From positions 84,421-148,420 of the IMG/VR virus record IMGVR_UViG_3300020044_008989: a DNA stretch of 64,000 bases; one strand, written 5' to 3'. Of the stretch, positions 1 through 8,755 are shown in pieces. Made by a program: the position numbers and the translations under genes. The notes beneath the pieces were generated by a model. The model worked only from the letters and a program-made list of their open reading frames with translations. It searched no databases and was not told the origin of the DNA. The stretch comes from an uncultured virus (IMG/VR IMGVR_UViG_3300020044_008989) (lineage: Duplodnaviria > Heunggongvirae > Uroviricota > Caudoviricetes). Positions within the stretch are counted from its first letter, which is position 1, and the number at the start of each line of letters is the position of its first letter.

Positions 1-267
1 ACCCATAACAGAGTTTTCGATTTTGTTGCCAGTGTCGCGCCATATAGTACTATTGTCGGCACGATTTATGGACACGTCATTCGCCTAGAGGAAAGAGTCG
101 GCGGACACCTAGGGAAAACCCTTAACGTCCATCCTGGGAAAGATTCATTTCAAAACTGTATGCTTGATTGCAGGGCAATCGCTACGGATTACGGGCGGAA
201 ATTCTCTATTGAATCAGGCGGGAAGGCTATATTTTCCGTTGAAACGGTGGAAATTAAAAAGAAATAA
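1..267 (+). CDS. 5'-truncated early protein, paralog of 5660..5890
   Basis: Frame 1 open to TAA 265-267; translates ...YGHVIRLEERVGGHLGKTLNVHPGKDSFQNCMLDCRAIATDYGRKF..., closely matching 5660..5890. Confidence 0.85.
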   Translation, partial: THNRVFDFVASVAPYSTIVGTIYGHVIRLEERVGGHLGKTLNVHPGKDSFQNCMLDCRAIATDYGRKFSIESGGKAIFSVETVEIKKK

Positions 268-304
268 TTGTTGCGCCGCTTCTTAACTCGCTATATACTA
301 AAGT

Positions 305-550
305 ATGATTAACACAGAAGATGCCACCGCAATTAAAACCGCGCTCTCCCATCTTATCGCCTTAAAAGATGCTCCTGAAAATGGGGAATACTTAAATGGC
401 GCGATTAGCCTAGCAGAAAGCTTTCACGCTATGCTCTCTAACCGTGGAGACTCAAAAGCTTATGAGTCTGCATACAATACTATAAAAAGCATGGGCAGAA
501 ACATGAAAAGTCTGAAAATAGACCGCGAAAATAATTCCAAAAATCATTAA
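305..550 (+). CDS. Hypothetical early protein (leaderless)
   Basis: ORF with own promoter TTGCGC-17-TATACT-5-ATG. Confidence 0.85.
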   Translation: MINTEDATAIKTALSHLIALKDAPENGEYLNGAISLAESFHAMLSNRGDSKAYESAYNTIKSMGRNMKSLKIDRENNSKNH

Positions 551-590
551 TTAATTCTTGACGCGCTCTTATAACCCGCTATATTAAACC

Positions 591-1229
591 ATGAAGAAAA
601 ACCCATCCCCTAAACTCGGCCTCCGCATCTCAAGTGAAACGTCAAACGGTTACAAGCATCTGTCTTTTCAGCTTTTGAAGCGCAAAGAGTATAGCGAGAC
701 TGACATGGAAGAAATGTTCGTTATTCGCTTTCAAAGCGATAGCGAGAATAAAGGATGGTACGCTATGCGGACTACCGTAGAAACGTCTGGAAACGCCGTT
801 AATCACCTCTCTGAAGCTCTGAAGCTCATTAAAAAGCTCACGCCAGAAAATACGTACGACGAAACGCCAGACACGATTCTGGCGAAATGCGCTGAGTTGA
901 AAATTGCACGGGTTGAATATGATTCGCGCTTGTCTCAATTCATTACAGAAAAGGACTGCCCTGATGTGTCTTTGACTAGGTGGATGGATGGGTACTTGCA
1001 TTACAATCGTAGTTATGGATGTAGCGTTGCTACCCTTGCCCGTGATGAAATTGATGCGCGAAATAAAATCGCTAAGGAGTTTGCCGAGAATGTTGCCCAA
1101 GGATATTCCCTAGAGACTTTCGAGAAATGGATCGCGGCAGGGAAACCCGTAGAAGAAAACCGTGGTTCAATTTATGATGCTGCTCGTTTCGCTCCGATTG
1201 AATCAGTGATGGAGCCGCTAAATAAATGA
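591..1229 (+). CDS. Hypothetical early protein (212 aa, leaderless)
   Basis: ORF with TTGACG-16-TATATT-5-ATG. Confidence 0.9.
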   Translation: MKKNPSPKLGLRISSETSNGYKHLSFQLLKRKEYSETDMEEMFVIRFQSDSENKGWYAMRTTVETSGNAVNHLSEALKLIKKLTPENTYDETPDTILAKCAELKIARVEYDSRLSQFITEKDCPDVSLTRWMDGYLHYNRSYGCSVATLARDEIDARNKIAKEFAENVAQGYSLETFEKWIAAGKPVEENRGSIYDAARFAPIESVMEPLNK

Positions 1230-1271
1230 AAATAATTGTTGCGCCCCTTTGTTTCTGGCTTATAGTCTCTC

Positions 1272-1643
1272 ATGCAACTAAAGAATCAAACGACAAGGGG
1301 CGCAAAGATGCTTGAAATGAACGGCGATACTTACGCCCTTCGCAAGAATGTGATGGATGTGATCTATCGGGCAAAGAAACTTGTTGACATTCCTCGCATC
1401 GAAGTGCGGATTGTCGAAACCCGTCCCTGCAATATGGGATACGCCTACTTAGGGAAAAACATTATCCACATAGGCGCAAAGTATGCCAGCAATCAGGGAA
1501 GTATGCTGGATTCCCTAGTCCTGCATGAAATTGTCCATGCCGTGAAATCGGCAAAGCATGATGAGAGTTGCCCACTGATGGGGACTTCCTATAAGGAATT
1601 TTCTGATGCGATTGTTTGGGACGCATTCAAGAAATATTTCTGA
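1272..1643 (+). CDS. Putative zinc metallopeptidase (HExxH)
   Basis: LVLHEIVHAV motif followed by H..SCPLM (metzincin-like); promoter TTGCGC-16-TATAGT-5-ATG. Confidence 0.7.
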   Translation: MQLKNQTTRGAKMLEMNGDTYALRKNVMDVIYRAKKLVDIPRIEVRIVETRPCNMGYAYLGKNIIHIGAKYASNQGSMLDSLVLHEIVHAVKSAKHDESCPLMGTSYKEFSDAIVWDAFKKYF

Positions 1644-1684
1644 TTAATTACTTGCGCGGCAATTAATTTGTGTTATAGTGATTT

Positions 1685-1999
1685 ATGAACAAACAAGACG
1701 CTCTCAACAAGTGGCAAAAAGCTGTCAAACTTCGCTTCCATGATTCGCTCGAAAAATGGAAAAACGCCTTTCCGACAACTGAAAGTTTCGCGCAGTTTTA
1801 CGAGGATACAAAAAACCTTTCTTGGCCTGAAAACTATGGGCAGTCTCCTATGGATGACGCTTTTGACATTGCTTATTATCTTAGGAATGGAATCTCAGAA
1901 ACGTCTAAGAAATTTTACGCCGAAAACTTAGATTCTTTCTGGATCAAACAGAAAGGCGAAAAAATGGATTACTACGGTATAAAGTGGAGAATAATTTAA
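1685..1999 (+). CDS. Hypothetical early protein
   Basis: TTGCGC-16-TATAGT-5-ATG. Confidence 0.85.
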   Translation: MNKQDALNKWQKAVKLRFHDSLEKWKNAFPTTESFAQFYEDTKNLSWPENYGQSPMDDAFDIAYYLRNGISETSKKFYAENLDSFWIKQKGEKMDYYGIKWRII

Positions 2000-2052
2000 A
2001 TTAATTTGATTCGCCGCTTGACTTGTCTCTTAATCTTTGGTATCGTAACAGT

Positions 2053-2250
2053 ATGAAAGAATCCTTCTCAACAATCAATGATTGGAACTCATTTTATGAT
2101 CGTCTCGCCCTTATGGGAAGTGCGGCAACAAATTGGAAAGTTGAGCTTGACAAAAGTTCTCGCTTGACAACCAAAAAGTTCCTTTATATAATAGCAAACG
2201 GTGAAAGCTGGAAGTTTGACCGAAAAAACAAATCCTTTTCTAGTAATTAA
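2053..2250 (+). CDS. Hypothetical early protein (start revised to ATG 2053)
   Basis: TTGACT(2018)-17-TATCGT-6-ATG. Confidence 0.8.
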   Translation: MKESFSTINDWNSFYDRLALMGSAATNWKVELDKSSRLTTKKFLYIIANGESWKFDRKNKSFSSN

Positions 2251-2296
2251 TTTAAATTATTACTTGCGCCGTCTCTGAAATCTGATATATTGAAAC

Positions 2297-2545
2297 ATGA
2301 AAGCAATCGCCCCCAGATCGTATGACTTTTTATTTTCCATTGAAACTGATTGCGATGGATGGTATGGGGAAATCTGCCGAAATAATCCAGTTGATTCTGA
2401 TTGTTTTAGCGAGCTAGCAGAAATGAAAGGCTATCCTAGGAACAACGAGTGGAAACCTCTTGACATGAAAACTTTCTGGTTGTTTTGGGATGGCAAAATA
2501 ACGCCAACGCACGAAAGAATTAAAAACAAATACTTGCGGCGCTAA
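2297..2545 (+). CDS. Hypothetical early protein
   Basis: TTGCGC-16-TATATT-5-ATG. Confidence 0.8.
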   Translation: MKAIAPRSYDFLFSIETDCDGWYGEICRNNPVDSDCFSELAEMKGYPRNNEWKPLDMKTFWLFWDGKITPTHERIKNKYLRR

Positions 2546-2647
2546 TGAATGGTAATTCAGGAATAGAAAAGCTTTCGCCGCTCTTTCTGTAATTAAATAA
2601 TCACATTCATCCTTGACAAGTTGACAGAAAACCATTAGATTAATCCC

Positions 2648-2788
2648 ATGAACAAACAAGATTACGCTGATAAATGGTCATCGAATGAGTGGCAAAAACT
2701 TTGCAAGAGTGACGATTTCGTGTCAGCATTTTGGTGGAATGATTTTGAACATGCGGATAAAATTGCCAACGAACTTTTGAGGATGTAA
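2648..2788 (+). CDS. Small early protein, 46 aa (not in ORF track)
   Basis: TTGACA(2613)-17-TAGATT-6-ATG; MNKQDYADKWSSNEWQKL... Confidence 0.75.
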   Translation: MNKQDYADKWSSNEWQKLCKSDDFVSAFWWNDFEHADKIANELLRM

Positions 2789-3128
2789 TACCTTGACGAT
2801 CAACGCATTAGAGCGGCAGCTGATGGGCGTTGTTTTTGTCTTTTTCTGCAAATAAGCAGGGAGAGATATAGGAATAGACTATAGGAGTAATAGAGAGAAT
2901 AAACAAAGCAAACTTGCCTAGTCGATTCACTTACGCCTAAACGTTATAACATCCTTGTCTTTTATCTCTGATTAATAATCACTTGCAAAATGCAACTAAC
3001 TTTTTTAATCGCGCCTAAGAATGTTAGTCCAGCCTAAGTTTGTGCGAAAAACAATCAAACAAATCTTGACGGCTCGAAATAACCTGATATAGTATCAATC
3101 ACAAACCGTTAATAACCAACAAACTACA

Positions 3129-3296
3129 ATGATTACCCTCGAAGCAATGCACCACGGCAAAAAAGTCGATTCCATGTCCTTTACCGAAAGAAGCTCGAAA
3201 GAGGGGCGTGATTTAACTGGTAAAGAAATGACCGAATGGAAAGAAAAAATCAAAAACCAGTTTGACAATGTGGAGTTTGACCTATACTTTGACTAA
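3129..3296 (+). CDS. Small early protein, 55 aa (not in ORF track)
   Basis: Promoter TTGACG(3066)-16-TATAGT, then A/C-rich SD-less leader; MITLEAMHHGKKVDS... Confidence 0.7.
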   Translation: MITLEAMHHGKKVDSMSFTERSSKEGRDLTGKEMTEWKEKIKNQFDNVEFDLYFD

Positions 3297-3443
3297 TCAC
3301 AAAAGTATCACGTTCCACAAAAAAGTGTTATTTTTACTAGGGTTTTATAAAGGTTTTTAGGCATTTTCCCGTGGAACAAATGTTATTGTGATAAATAAGC
3401 AAGTTTTAGTTGACGGCGTGAAATAATCTGATATATTCCCTAT

Positions 3444-3644
3444 ATGAAAATAATCATGACAGTCCACCACGGCGAAACAAATCACGAAATTGTTCGCGGC
3501 GAAACTTTTGAAGAATGCCTCTCGTATCTTTCTCACACTAATCTCTATAAAGGATACGGCCCCTCCCTAGAAGCAATGAAAGAATTAAAGGAGCATAAAC
3601 AATTTTCCTACGGATGGGCGGACTATTCCATCATTGAAGAATAA
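3444..3644 (+). CDS. Hypothetical early protein
   Basis: TTGACG-16-TATATT-6-ATG. Confidence 0.8.
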   Translation: MKIIMTVHHGETNHEIVRGETFEECLSYLSHTNLYKGYGPSLEAMKELKEHKQFSYGWADYSIIEE

Positions 3645-3691
3645 TTTCAGAAAATACTTGCGCCGCTCAAATAATTAGCTTATATTCTCCC

Positions 3692-3886
3692 ATGAACGCA
3701 CAAGCTCACCTCTCTAATCTTGAAACTCAGCTAAATTTTATCCTTGAACATATCAGGGATTCAAAATGCCCTTTTTCGGGAAATTTTGTAGAACGCCGCG
3801 AAGAAATTGAAAAACACGCACGCGCCGCGAAAAAATCGTTTGACTGGTTAGACAATTGTGCCGTCATAAAAGATGCGCAAAATTAA
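3692..3886 (+). CDS. Hypothetical early protein
   Basis: TTGCGC-17-TATATT-5-ATG. Confidence 0.8.
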   Translation: MNAQAHLSNLETQLNFILEHIRDSKCPFSGNFVERREEIEKHARAAKKSFDWLDNCAVIKDAQN

Positions 3887-3929
3887 AAAACAACTTGCGC
3901 CCCACAAAATAACCTGCTATATTAAAAAC

Positions 3930-4202
3930 ATGAACAAAGAACCATCCTCCCCTAAGTCCATGACCTGCAAAATTTGGTCCTGCGACAATACCAAAGCTAA
4001 GAAAAACAACTGGCATTTCGCGCCGAAAAAACTGCGCGGGCAAGTGTCGGAAATCGCCCCTAAGATCAAATCCCTAGGCGTGGGAAGTAAGACCTATAAG
4101 CTCGGTCCTTACGAGGGAAGTCTGGAAGAACTTAAGGAATTCGCCCGTATGAAGGGCATGTCTTCCCTAAGTCTCGGATGCGTAAAGATTAAGGTGGCAT
4201 AG
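3930..4202 (+). CDS. Basic hypothetical early protein (start revised to 3930)
   Basis: TTGCGC(3895)-17-TATATT-6-ATG. Confidence 0.8.
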   Translation: MNKEPSSPKSMTCKIWSCDNTKAKKNNWHFAPKKLRGQVSEIAPKIKSLGVGSKTYKLGPYEGSLEELKEFARMKGMSSLSLGCVKIKVA

Positions 4203-4220
4203 GAAAAACCCCTAAGAGAG

Positions 4221-4279
4221 CACCTAGGTTAGCAACCTAGGTGTTCTTTGCACTCCGCAAACTTTTAAACGAGGGGTCC
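4221..4279 (-). ncRNA. Candidate small RNA, GGAC family copy A
   Basis: Reverse promoter TTGCGT(4313)-16-TATAGT; transcript GGACCCCUCGUUUAAAAG... ends in hairpin CACCTAGGTT/AACCTAGGTG (4221-4243). Confidence 0.55.
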
Positions 4280-4393
4280 ATGTACACTATAGAGATAAAA
4301 TCACTGAACGCAAGTAAAAAATAAAAATAAATTCGCGGCGAGAAAAGAGTAATTATTGCTTGATTAGTGTCTGGGCTCTGGTATATTAAACCT

Positions 4394-4573
4394 ATGAATC
4401 CCCCATCACATCCCGTCTCTGATTTGATCATCAAAATTTTGAGCACCAATAACGGCTATTTGTTCGCGCCCTCAGAAAAAGAAATTGACATCGCCAAATC
4501 CCACCCGACAGTGTTTCTTCACGTTTACAACCAGAATCAGGAATTTTTCCCGCATAAAATTTCTCTAAAATAA
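4394..4573 (+). CDS. Hypothetical early protein (start revised to 4394)
   Basis: TTGATT-16-TATATT-6-ATG. Confidence 0.75.
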   Translation: MNPPSHPVSDLIIKILSTNNGYLFAPSEKEIDIAKSHPTVFLHVYNQNQEFFPHKISLK

Positions 4574-4609
4574 ACTTGCGCGGCAAATAAATCTGTGGTA
4601 TAGTATCTT

Positions 4610-4819
4610 ATGAAACAACTAATCGCCCTCGCTAACGACAACCTTGTAATGGAACCCTTGGATGCACTCGCTACAGCTTGCGCCATCCTAGGCGGGAACA
4701 TTGAAGCTCCTAGTATTTATCAGGATGACAGCGATGAACTCTATAGGGAAGTCTCCTATGATGGTAAGAAATTTCCCGTGTCCTATAGCGGCGAGCAGTG
4801 GGAAAGCGGCTGGATTTAA
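4610..4819 (+). CDS. Acidic hypothetical early protein
   Basis: TTGCGC-17-TATAGT-5-ATG. Confidence 0.8.
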   Translation: MKQLIALANDNLVMEPLDALATACAILGGNIEAPSIYQDDSDELYREVSYDGKKFPVSYSGEQWESGWI

Positions 4820-4864
4820 AATAAAACCACTTGACAGCGCGGAAGTCCCGCGCTATATTGTCCC

Positions 4865-4996
4865 AGCGAACAACTTCAGCTAGGGCGGCAAAAAAGGCCC
4901 GCGAATACCCTAGGTAGAATTTGCAGACGCTTAATTTTAAGGGATGGCAACTTGACGTTTAGACTAGTACGTGTTCCCTTAGACTTATCTGTCTAG
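4865..4996 (+). ncRNA. Candidate structured ncRNA behind a consensus promoter
   Basis: TTGACA(4831)-17-TATATT with no ATG at the start site; stems CTAGGG/CCCTAG, AAGGGA/TCCCTT, TAGAC/GTCTA. Confidence 0.5.
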
Positions 4997-5013
4997 GACT
5001 CTCGCCCCTCAGT
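4974..5013 (-). ncRNA. Candidate small RNA, family II copy 1
   Basis: Reverse promoter TTGCGC(5047)-16-TATCTT; sequence homologous to 9090-9131. Confidence 0.45.
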
Positions 5014-5128
5014 ACATACAAGATAGAGAGAAAATGAGGCCGCGCAACTATTAATTGATATTATTTTTACGCGGCGAAAAAAAGAGATTGGCCGTTGACA
5101 GAGAGATTATTCTGTGATATTGTAAACC

Positions 5129-5362
5129 ATGAAACGCTACACACACAAAGCACTCGAATCAGACGTTGAAGCTCTTAACGCTAAGCTGGCGGAGAAAGGC
5201 CATTCTATGCGCTTCATGGTGGGCGCTCGTTATGGGTACTCGGCTATTGACCTCGCTACGGTTGAACAATTGGCGCGGCATTGCTGCCAGCGTAATCTTG
5301 ACAGCGGTACGCCTCGTGAATGTCTCGCCGCTTGCCATTCTTACATGGCCAATAATTTGTGA
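5129..5362 (+). CDS. Hypothetical early protein
   Basis: TTGACA-17-TATTGT-5-ATG. Confidence 0.8.
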   Translation: MKRYTHKALESDVEALNAKLAEKGHSMRFMVGARYGYSAIDLATVEQLARHCCQRNLDSGTPRECLAACHSYMANNL

Positions 5363-5403
5363 AAACAGCTTGCGCATCTCTTAACCCTCGCCTATATTAT
5401 TCC

Positions 5404-5562
5404 ATGCTTACAAGAAAAACATTCATCGCCGTCGCCGCCACCGTTTTAGCCATCGCCGATAAAAACGAGCGCGAAAAACAGGCAAATTTCCAAGCTCAAA
5501 TTTTCGCCGCCAGCAATCCCCGATTTGACAAGGCTCGTTTCCTTTCCGCTTGTGGACTCTAA
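5404..5562 (+). CDS. Small phage early protein (start revised to 5404)
   Basis: TTGCGC-17-TATATT-5-ATG; C-terminal NPRFDxxRFxxACG motif that I recall from uncharacterised phage early proteins. Confidence 0.85.
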   Translation: MLTRKTFIAVAATVLAIADKNEREKQANFQAQIFAASNPRFDKARFLSACGL

Positions 5563-5659
5563 GAAAAACCCATGATTATTCTACTGATTATAATCGGCGC
5601 TCTCGTTTTAAAGTGAAGAAAAAACTTGCGGGCGAAAATATTCTGTGATATAATAAGCC

Positions 5660-5890
5660 ATGACACAAATCGCTTACAATCAAGTCACCGACTTTCTTCA
5701 ATCTCTGCGAGAAAATAGCTCAGTTTGCATTGAAAAATACGGTTACGTCATTCGCCTAGAAGAGCGGCTCGACGGAGGCTCTCACCTAGGGAAAACTATT
5801 AACGTACATCTTGGCAATGATTCGTTGAACAATTGTCTTTTGGATTGCGAGGCTATCGCGAAAGATAGTGGAAGAAAATTGACAAAATAA
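5660..5890 (+). CDS. Hypothetical early protein, paralog of 1..267
   Basis: TTGCGG-17-TATAAT-5-ATG; internal homology. Confidence 0.85.
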   Translation: MTQIAYNQVTDFLQSLRENSSVCIEKYGYVIRLEERLDGGSHLGKTINVHLGNDSLNNCLLDCEAIAKDSGRKLTK

Positions 5891-5925
5891 CTTGCGGCCC
5901 ATTAATTTCTCTGCTACATTCTCCC

Positions 5926-6114
5926 ATGACAACTCAAAAACAAATCCGAGATTCTTTCTGGGAAATCAATGAACAATGGGCCGACGCCAGACGTTCGCGT
6001 AAAACCCATAATGACTACAATTCAACAATCCGATGCGCGTTTGTCGATTATGTGGATTCCCTAGCCAAAAGCGGGAAAATCTCTGAAAAGCTTGCAGATA
6101 GAGTGACGCTTTAA
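5926..6114 (+). CDS. Small early protein
   Basis: TTGCGG-17-TACATT-5-ATG; its transcript would continue into the tRNAs. Confidence 0.85.
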   Translation: MTTQKQIRDSFWEINEQWADARRSRKTHNDYNSTIRCAFVDYVDSLAKSGKISEKLADRVTL

Positions 6115-6122
6115 TAACTTTC

Positions 6123-6204
6123 CCTAGTATGGCGTAATTGGTAGCCGCCACCCGCTTAAGACGGGTGATCGAAAGGTGTCTCGGTTCGAGTCCGAGTACT
6201 AGGA
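6123..6204 (+). tRNA. tRNA-Leu (anticodon UAA)
   Basis: Acceptor CCTAGTA/TACTAGG, anticodon arm ACCCG-CTTAAGA-CGGGT, long variable arm, T arm CTCGG-TTCGAGT-CCGAG, discriminator A, no encoded CCA. Confidence 0.92.
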
Positions 6205-6215
6205 CTTTCCCTTAT

Positions 6216-6292
6216 GTTCCTGTAGCTCAATTGTATAGAGCGCCGTCCTTCTAAGACGGGGGTTATAGGTTAGAATCCTATCAGGAACGCCA
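6216..6292 (+). tRNA. tRNA-Arg (anticodon UCU)
   Basis: Acceptor GTTCCTG/CAGGAAC, anticodon arm CCGTC-CTTCTAA-GACGG, T arm ATAGG-TTAGAAT-CCTAT, 3' GCCA. Confidence 0.92.
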
Positions 6293-6348
6293 GTTTAAAA
6301 ACTGAAAAAATCAGTTGCGCCCCATAATTTTCTGGTTTATTGTTCCCC

Positions 6349-6594
6349 ATGAAAATTCCCCACTACGACAAGCGAGACGGCCAAAAAGATTCGGCCCTTG
6401 GATTTAAAACGATTCGTGAAATCATGGGCTTGCCATGGAATCGCGGCCTTTCGCGCTGCATTGAAGGATGTTCGCTGGATCACAAAAAAGAACTCTCCCG
6501 CCTAAAAAGAGAAGCAAAAAAGAACGGCGAAACAATTCTCGCAACTATTTTTCACAACTACGCGGCGGAAATTTTGGTGGAAAATACAAATTGA
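6349..6594 (+). CDS. Hypothetical early protein (start 6349)
   Basis: TTGCGC-17-TATTGT-5-ATG. Confidence 0.8.
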   Translation: MKIPHYDKRDGQKDSALGFKTIREIMGLPWNRGLSRCIEGCSLDHKKELSRLKREAKKNGETILATIFHNYAAEILVENTN

Positions 6595-6631
6595 TACTTG
6601 CGTGGCGAAAAATAATCCGCTATATTGTTAC

Positions 6632-6817
6632 ATGAAAAAACAATACGGGACATTTACAAAAGAGGCCGATGGGCGCTTGTCTGGTCATGTCATTATTATT
6701 AATTCAGTGAGGAAAGATGGAAAGTACGCAGTAACGCACGCTTTCGCTACTAGCGGGAAAAGAATCAACAAAGTGTACACAAAAGAGCAACTAGAGGAAC
6801 AAATCAGCAAAATCTAG
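6632..6817 (+). CDS. Hypothetical early protein (start 6632)
   Basis: TTGCGT-17-TATATT-5-ATG. Confidence 0.8.
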   Translation: MKKQYGTFTKEADGRLSGHVIIINSVRKDGKYAVTHAFATSGKRINKVYTKEQLEEQISKI

Positions 6818-6851
6818 TTGCGCGCCCTTCTAATCTCTGCTATATTTTCCC

Positions 6852-7007
6852 ATGCAAACAACTCCCCTCTTCAAAGTCGTTAAAGTCATGCGAGTCTCAG
6901 GCCGCCGTCAAATCTTAGAGAAAAATCTCACTGAGTCGGAAGCCCAAAGGTGCGTGGGGAGATTCCCTAATTCGTCGCGGTCAATGGTCGTGTATTTCCG
7001 ACAGTAA
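6852..7007 (+). CDS. Small early protein, 51 aa (not in ORF track)
   Basis: TTGCGC-17-TATATT-5-ATG; MQTTPLFKVVKVMRVSGRRQILEKNLTESEAQR... Confidence 0.8.
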   Translation: MQTTPLFKVVKVMRVSGRRQILEKNLTESEAQRCVGRFPNSSRSMVVYFRQ

Positions 7008-7022
7008 TACCTAGTCCAACCA

Positions 7023-7089
7023 CCTAGTCAGAGCCTAAGAACTTTGACTAGGAAATTTTGCGCCCGAATATTTTTTAAACGAAGGGTCC
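7023..7089 (-). ncRNA. Candidate small RNA, GGAC family copy B
   Basis: Reverse promoter TTGATT(7123)-17-TATGTT; GGACCCUUCGUUUAAAAAAU...; hairpin CCTAGTCA/TGACTAGG. Confidence 0.55.
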
Positions 7090-7202
7090 ATGCTAACATA
7101 TCACAGAATAATTCCAGAATCAAGAAAAAAGAAAATTAATTTTTCGGTGCGAAAAATAGATTCGCCGCTTGACAGTCTAAACTTTATCTTGTATATTCTC
7201 CC

Positions 7203-7436
7203 ATGAACATTCCAGAAACGTTTGCTAACAAAGGATGTATTTTAAATCCAGAAAACATTGCATCATGGGTTAAAGAGGAAATTGACGCTTTCGGCATTAA
7301 AAAAGCAAAACAAATTTTCTCTGAAAGGGCTGACAGGGTTAAAGCCTTGATTCCTGATTGGGTTAAATACGTTTCGGCTAGTTTTGAGCCTTTCTATTGG
7401 CAAGCTGAAAAAATGTGGAGAGACGCAGCAAAATAA
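7203..7436 (+). CDS. Hypothetical early protein
   Basis: TTGACA-17-TATATT-5-ATG. Confidence 0.8.
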   Translation: MNIPETFANKGCILNPENIASWVKEEIDAFGIKKAKQIFSERADRVKALIPDWVKYVSASFEPFYWQAEKMWRDAAK

Positions 7437-7472
7437 TTTGCATTCATTTAATCCCTCGCCTATAGTACCAGC

Positions 7473-7682
7473 ATGAACAAAATCATCACCTCTTATTTTC
7501 GCCCGAATAATCTTGTTGCTACTGAAATTGAAAATATTTCTCCGCGTGTTTTTGCTCTTATGAAAAACATTTCAGAAAATTTCTATGATTTTAATAACGG
7601 CGAAAGGCGGAGATTCGAACATCGTGACCTAGGCACTAAGGAAAATATGGAAAAATTGTTTTCTGACCTAGAAGCGGCCTAA
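7473..7682 (+). CDS. Hypothetical early protein
   Basis: TTGCAT-17-TATAGT-6-ATG. Confidence 0.8.
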   Translation: MNKIITSYFRPNNLVATEIENISPRVFALMKNISENFYDFNNGERRRFEHRDLGTKENMEKLFSDLEAA

Positions 7683-7876
7683 ATAACTTTCTTATGAGTG
7701 ACTTCGACAAATATATGATTTCCCTAGGTTATCGCCTACATGAAAATGGGCAAACTTGGATTTCATGGTAAACTTTCTTAAACACCAAATACTATAGCGT
7801 CCTAAGAACCAATGGCGCGTGAATAGGTTATTCTCCTAGGGTCAAAAGCTCTAGGGGATTTTTGCTCGCCGCAGGG

Positions 7877-7926
7877 CATCCCTACGGGATAATCTTAGGG
7901 GTGTTTCTTAACACAATGAAGCGTCC
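7877..7926 (-). ncRNA. Candidate small RNA, GGAC family copy D (diverged)
   Basis: Reverse promoter TTGACA(7960)-16-TATATT; GGACGCUUCAUUGUGUUAAG...; hairpin 7877-7903. Confidence 0.5.
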
Positions 7927-8038
7927 ATGTACAATATACAGAATAATTTGCCGCTGTCAAATTAAAAACAAAAAAATATTTCGGAGCAAAAAACCAACAA
8001 TTAACTTGTTTATATTCTGGGATATGGTAGATTGATTC

Positions 8039-8293
8039 ATGCAAACAAAACAAATCTTCCCGTGGAATGTCAAAATCGGTGACGTACTTGTGATGGGCGG
8101 GCCTTATGGCGGCGAGTCAAATTCTGAGATTATTGCGATCCAGAAAGGGCGCGCTCATTTTTTCCGCGCCACTAAATGGACGTTTTTTGTAAAGGAGCCG
8201 CTTTACATGACCAAGCAATTTTCCTACTATGGCAAATTCATGGCGCAAGGTTTACAGCATGAAGCTGAAAAAGTTAAAATTTTGAAGAAATAA
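8039..8293 (+). CDS. Hypothetical early protein
   Basis: TTGTTT-16-TAGATT-5-ATG. Confidence 0.8.
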   Translation: MQTKQIFPWNVKIGDVLVMGGPYGGESNSEIIAIQKGRAHFFRATKWTFFVKEPLYMTKQFSYYGKFMAQGLQHEAEKVKILKK

Positions 8294-8328
8294 TTTGCGC
8301 GCCCCTCTTTTCTCGCCATATTAACAAT

Positions 8329-8571
8329 ATGAATCACGACACACTCTGGCAAGCCATGAATCAAGTGGAGAAAGAACTCTCAGAATCCCGCGCCATCCCT
8401 GCGGAAGATTGGGCTGAGAAATTCTCCTACGGGGGAATTCCCTACGGCACTAGGAAAGAGGCGCATTTCCCCCTGCTCTCCTACAAGGGCAAGCCTACGA
8501 AAAAATACGGGCACGTCGTAATCGAAAGGCTTGATCGTGGCACCTATGAGGTGGTGGTGTATTGCCTGTAG
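8329..8571 (+). CDS. Hypothetical early protein
   Basis: TTGCGC-16-CATATT-6-ATG. Confidence 0.8.
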   Translation: MNHDTLWQAMNQVEKELSESRAIPAEDWAEKFSYGGIPYGTRKEAHFPLLSYKGKPTKKYGHVVIERLDRGTYEVVVYCL

Positions 8572-8583
8572 TAGTAAGATTAA

Positions 8584-8641
8584 TCCCTAGGGTAGTGCCT
8601 AGGGAATTTTTTCACGCAAAAAGCTTTTAAACTTGGGGTCC
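8584..8641 (-). ncRNA. Candidate small RNA, GGAC family copy C
   Basis: Reverse promoter TTGCGC(8675)-16-TATATT; GGACCCCAAGUUUAAAAGC...; hairpin TCCCTAGG/CCTAGGGA. Confidence 0.55.
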
Positions 8642-8755
8642 ATGTACAATATACTGACAAAACATTCGGGCGCAAGTATTAATTTCATATAATTTCCAGA
8701 ATTAAACTTTGTAGAATAAGCTTGATTAATGTTTAGACCCTGATACTGTACCAGC

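Noticed and set aside
4237-4449. ORF-track calls 4237..4449(-), 8599..8883(-), 9031..9288(-) as proteins
   Set aside because: They run antisense through promoters and real genes; their shared MDP-FKS text reflects the nucleotide repeat described as the small-RNA family.
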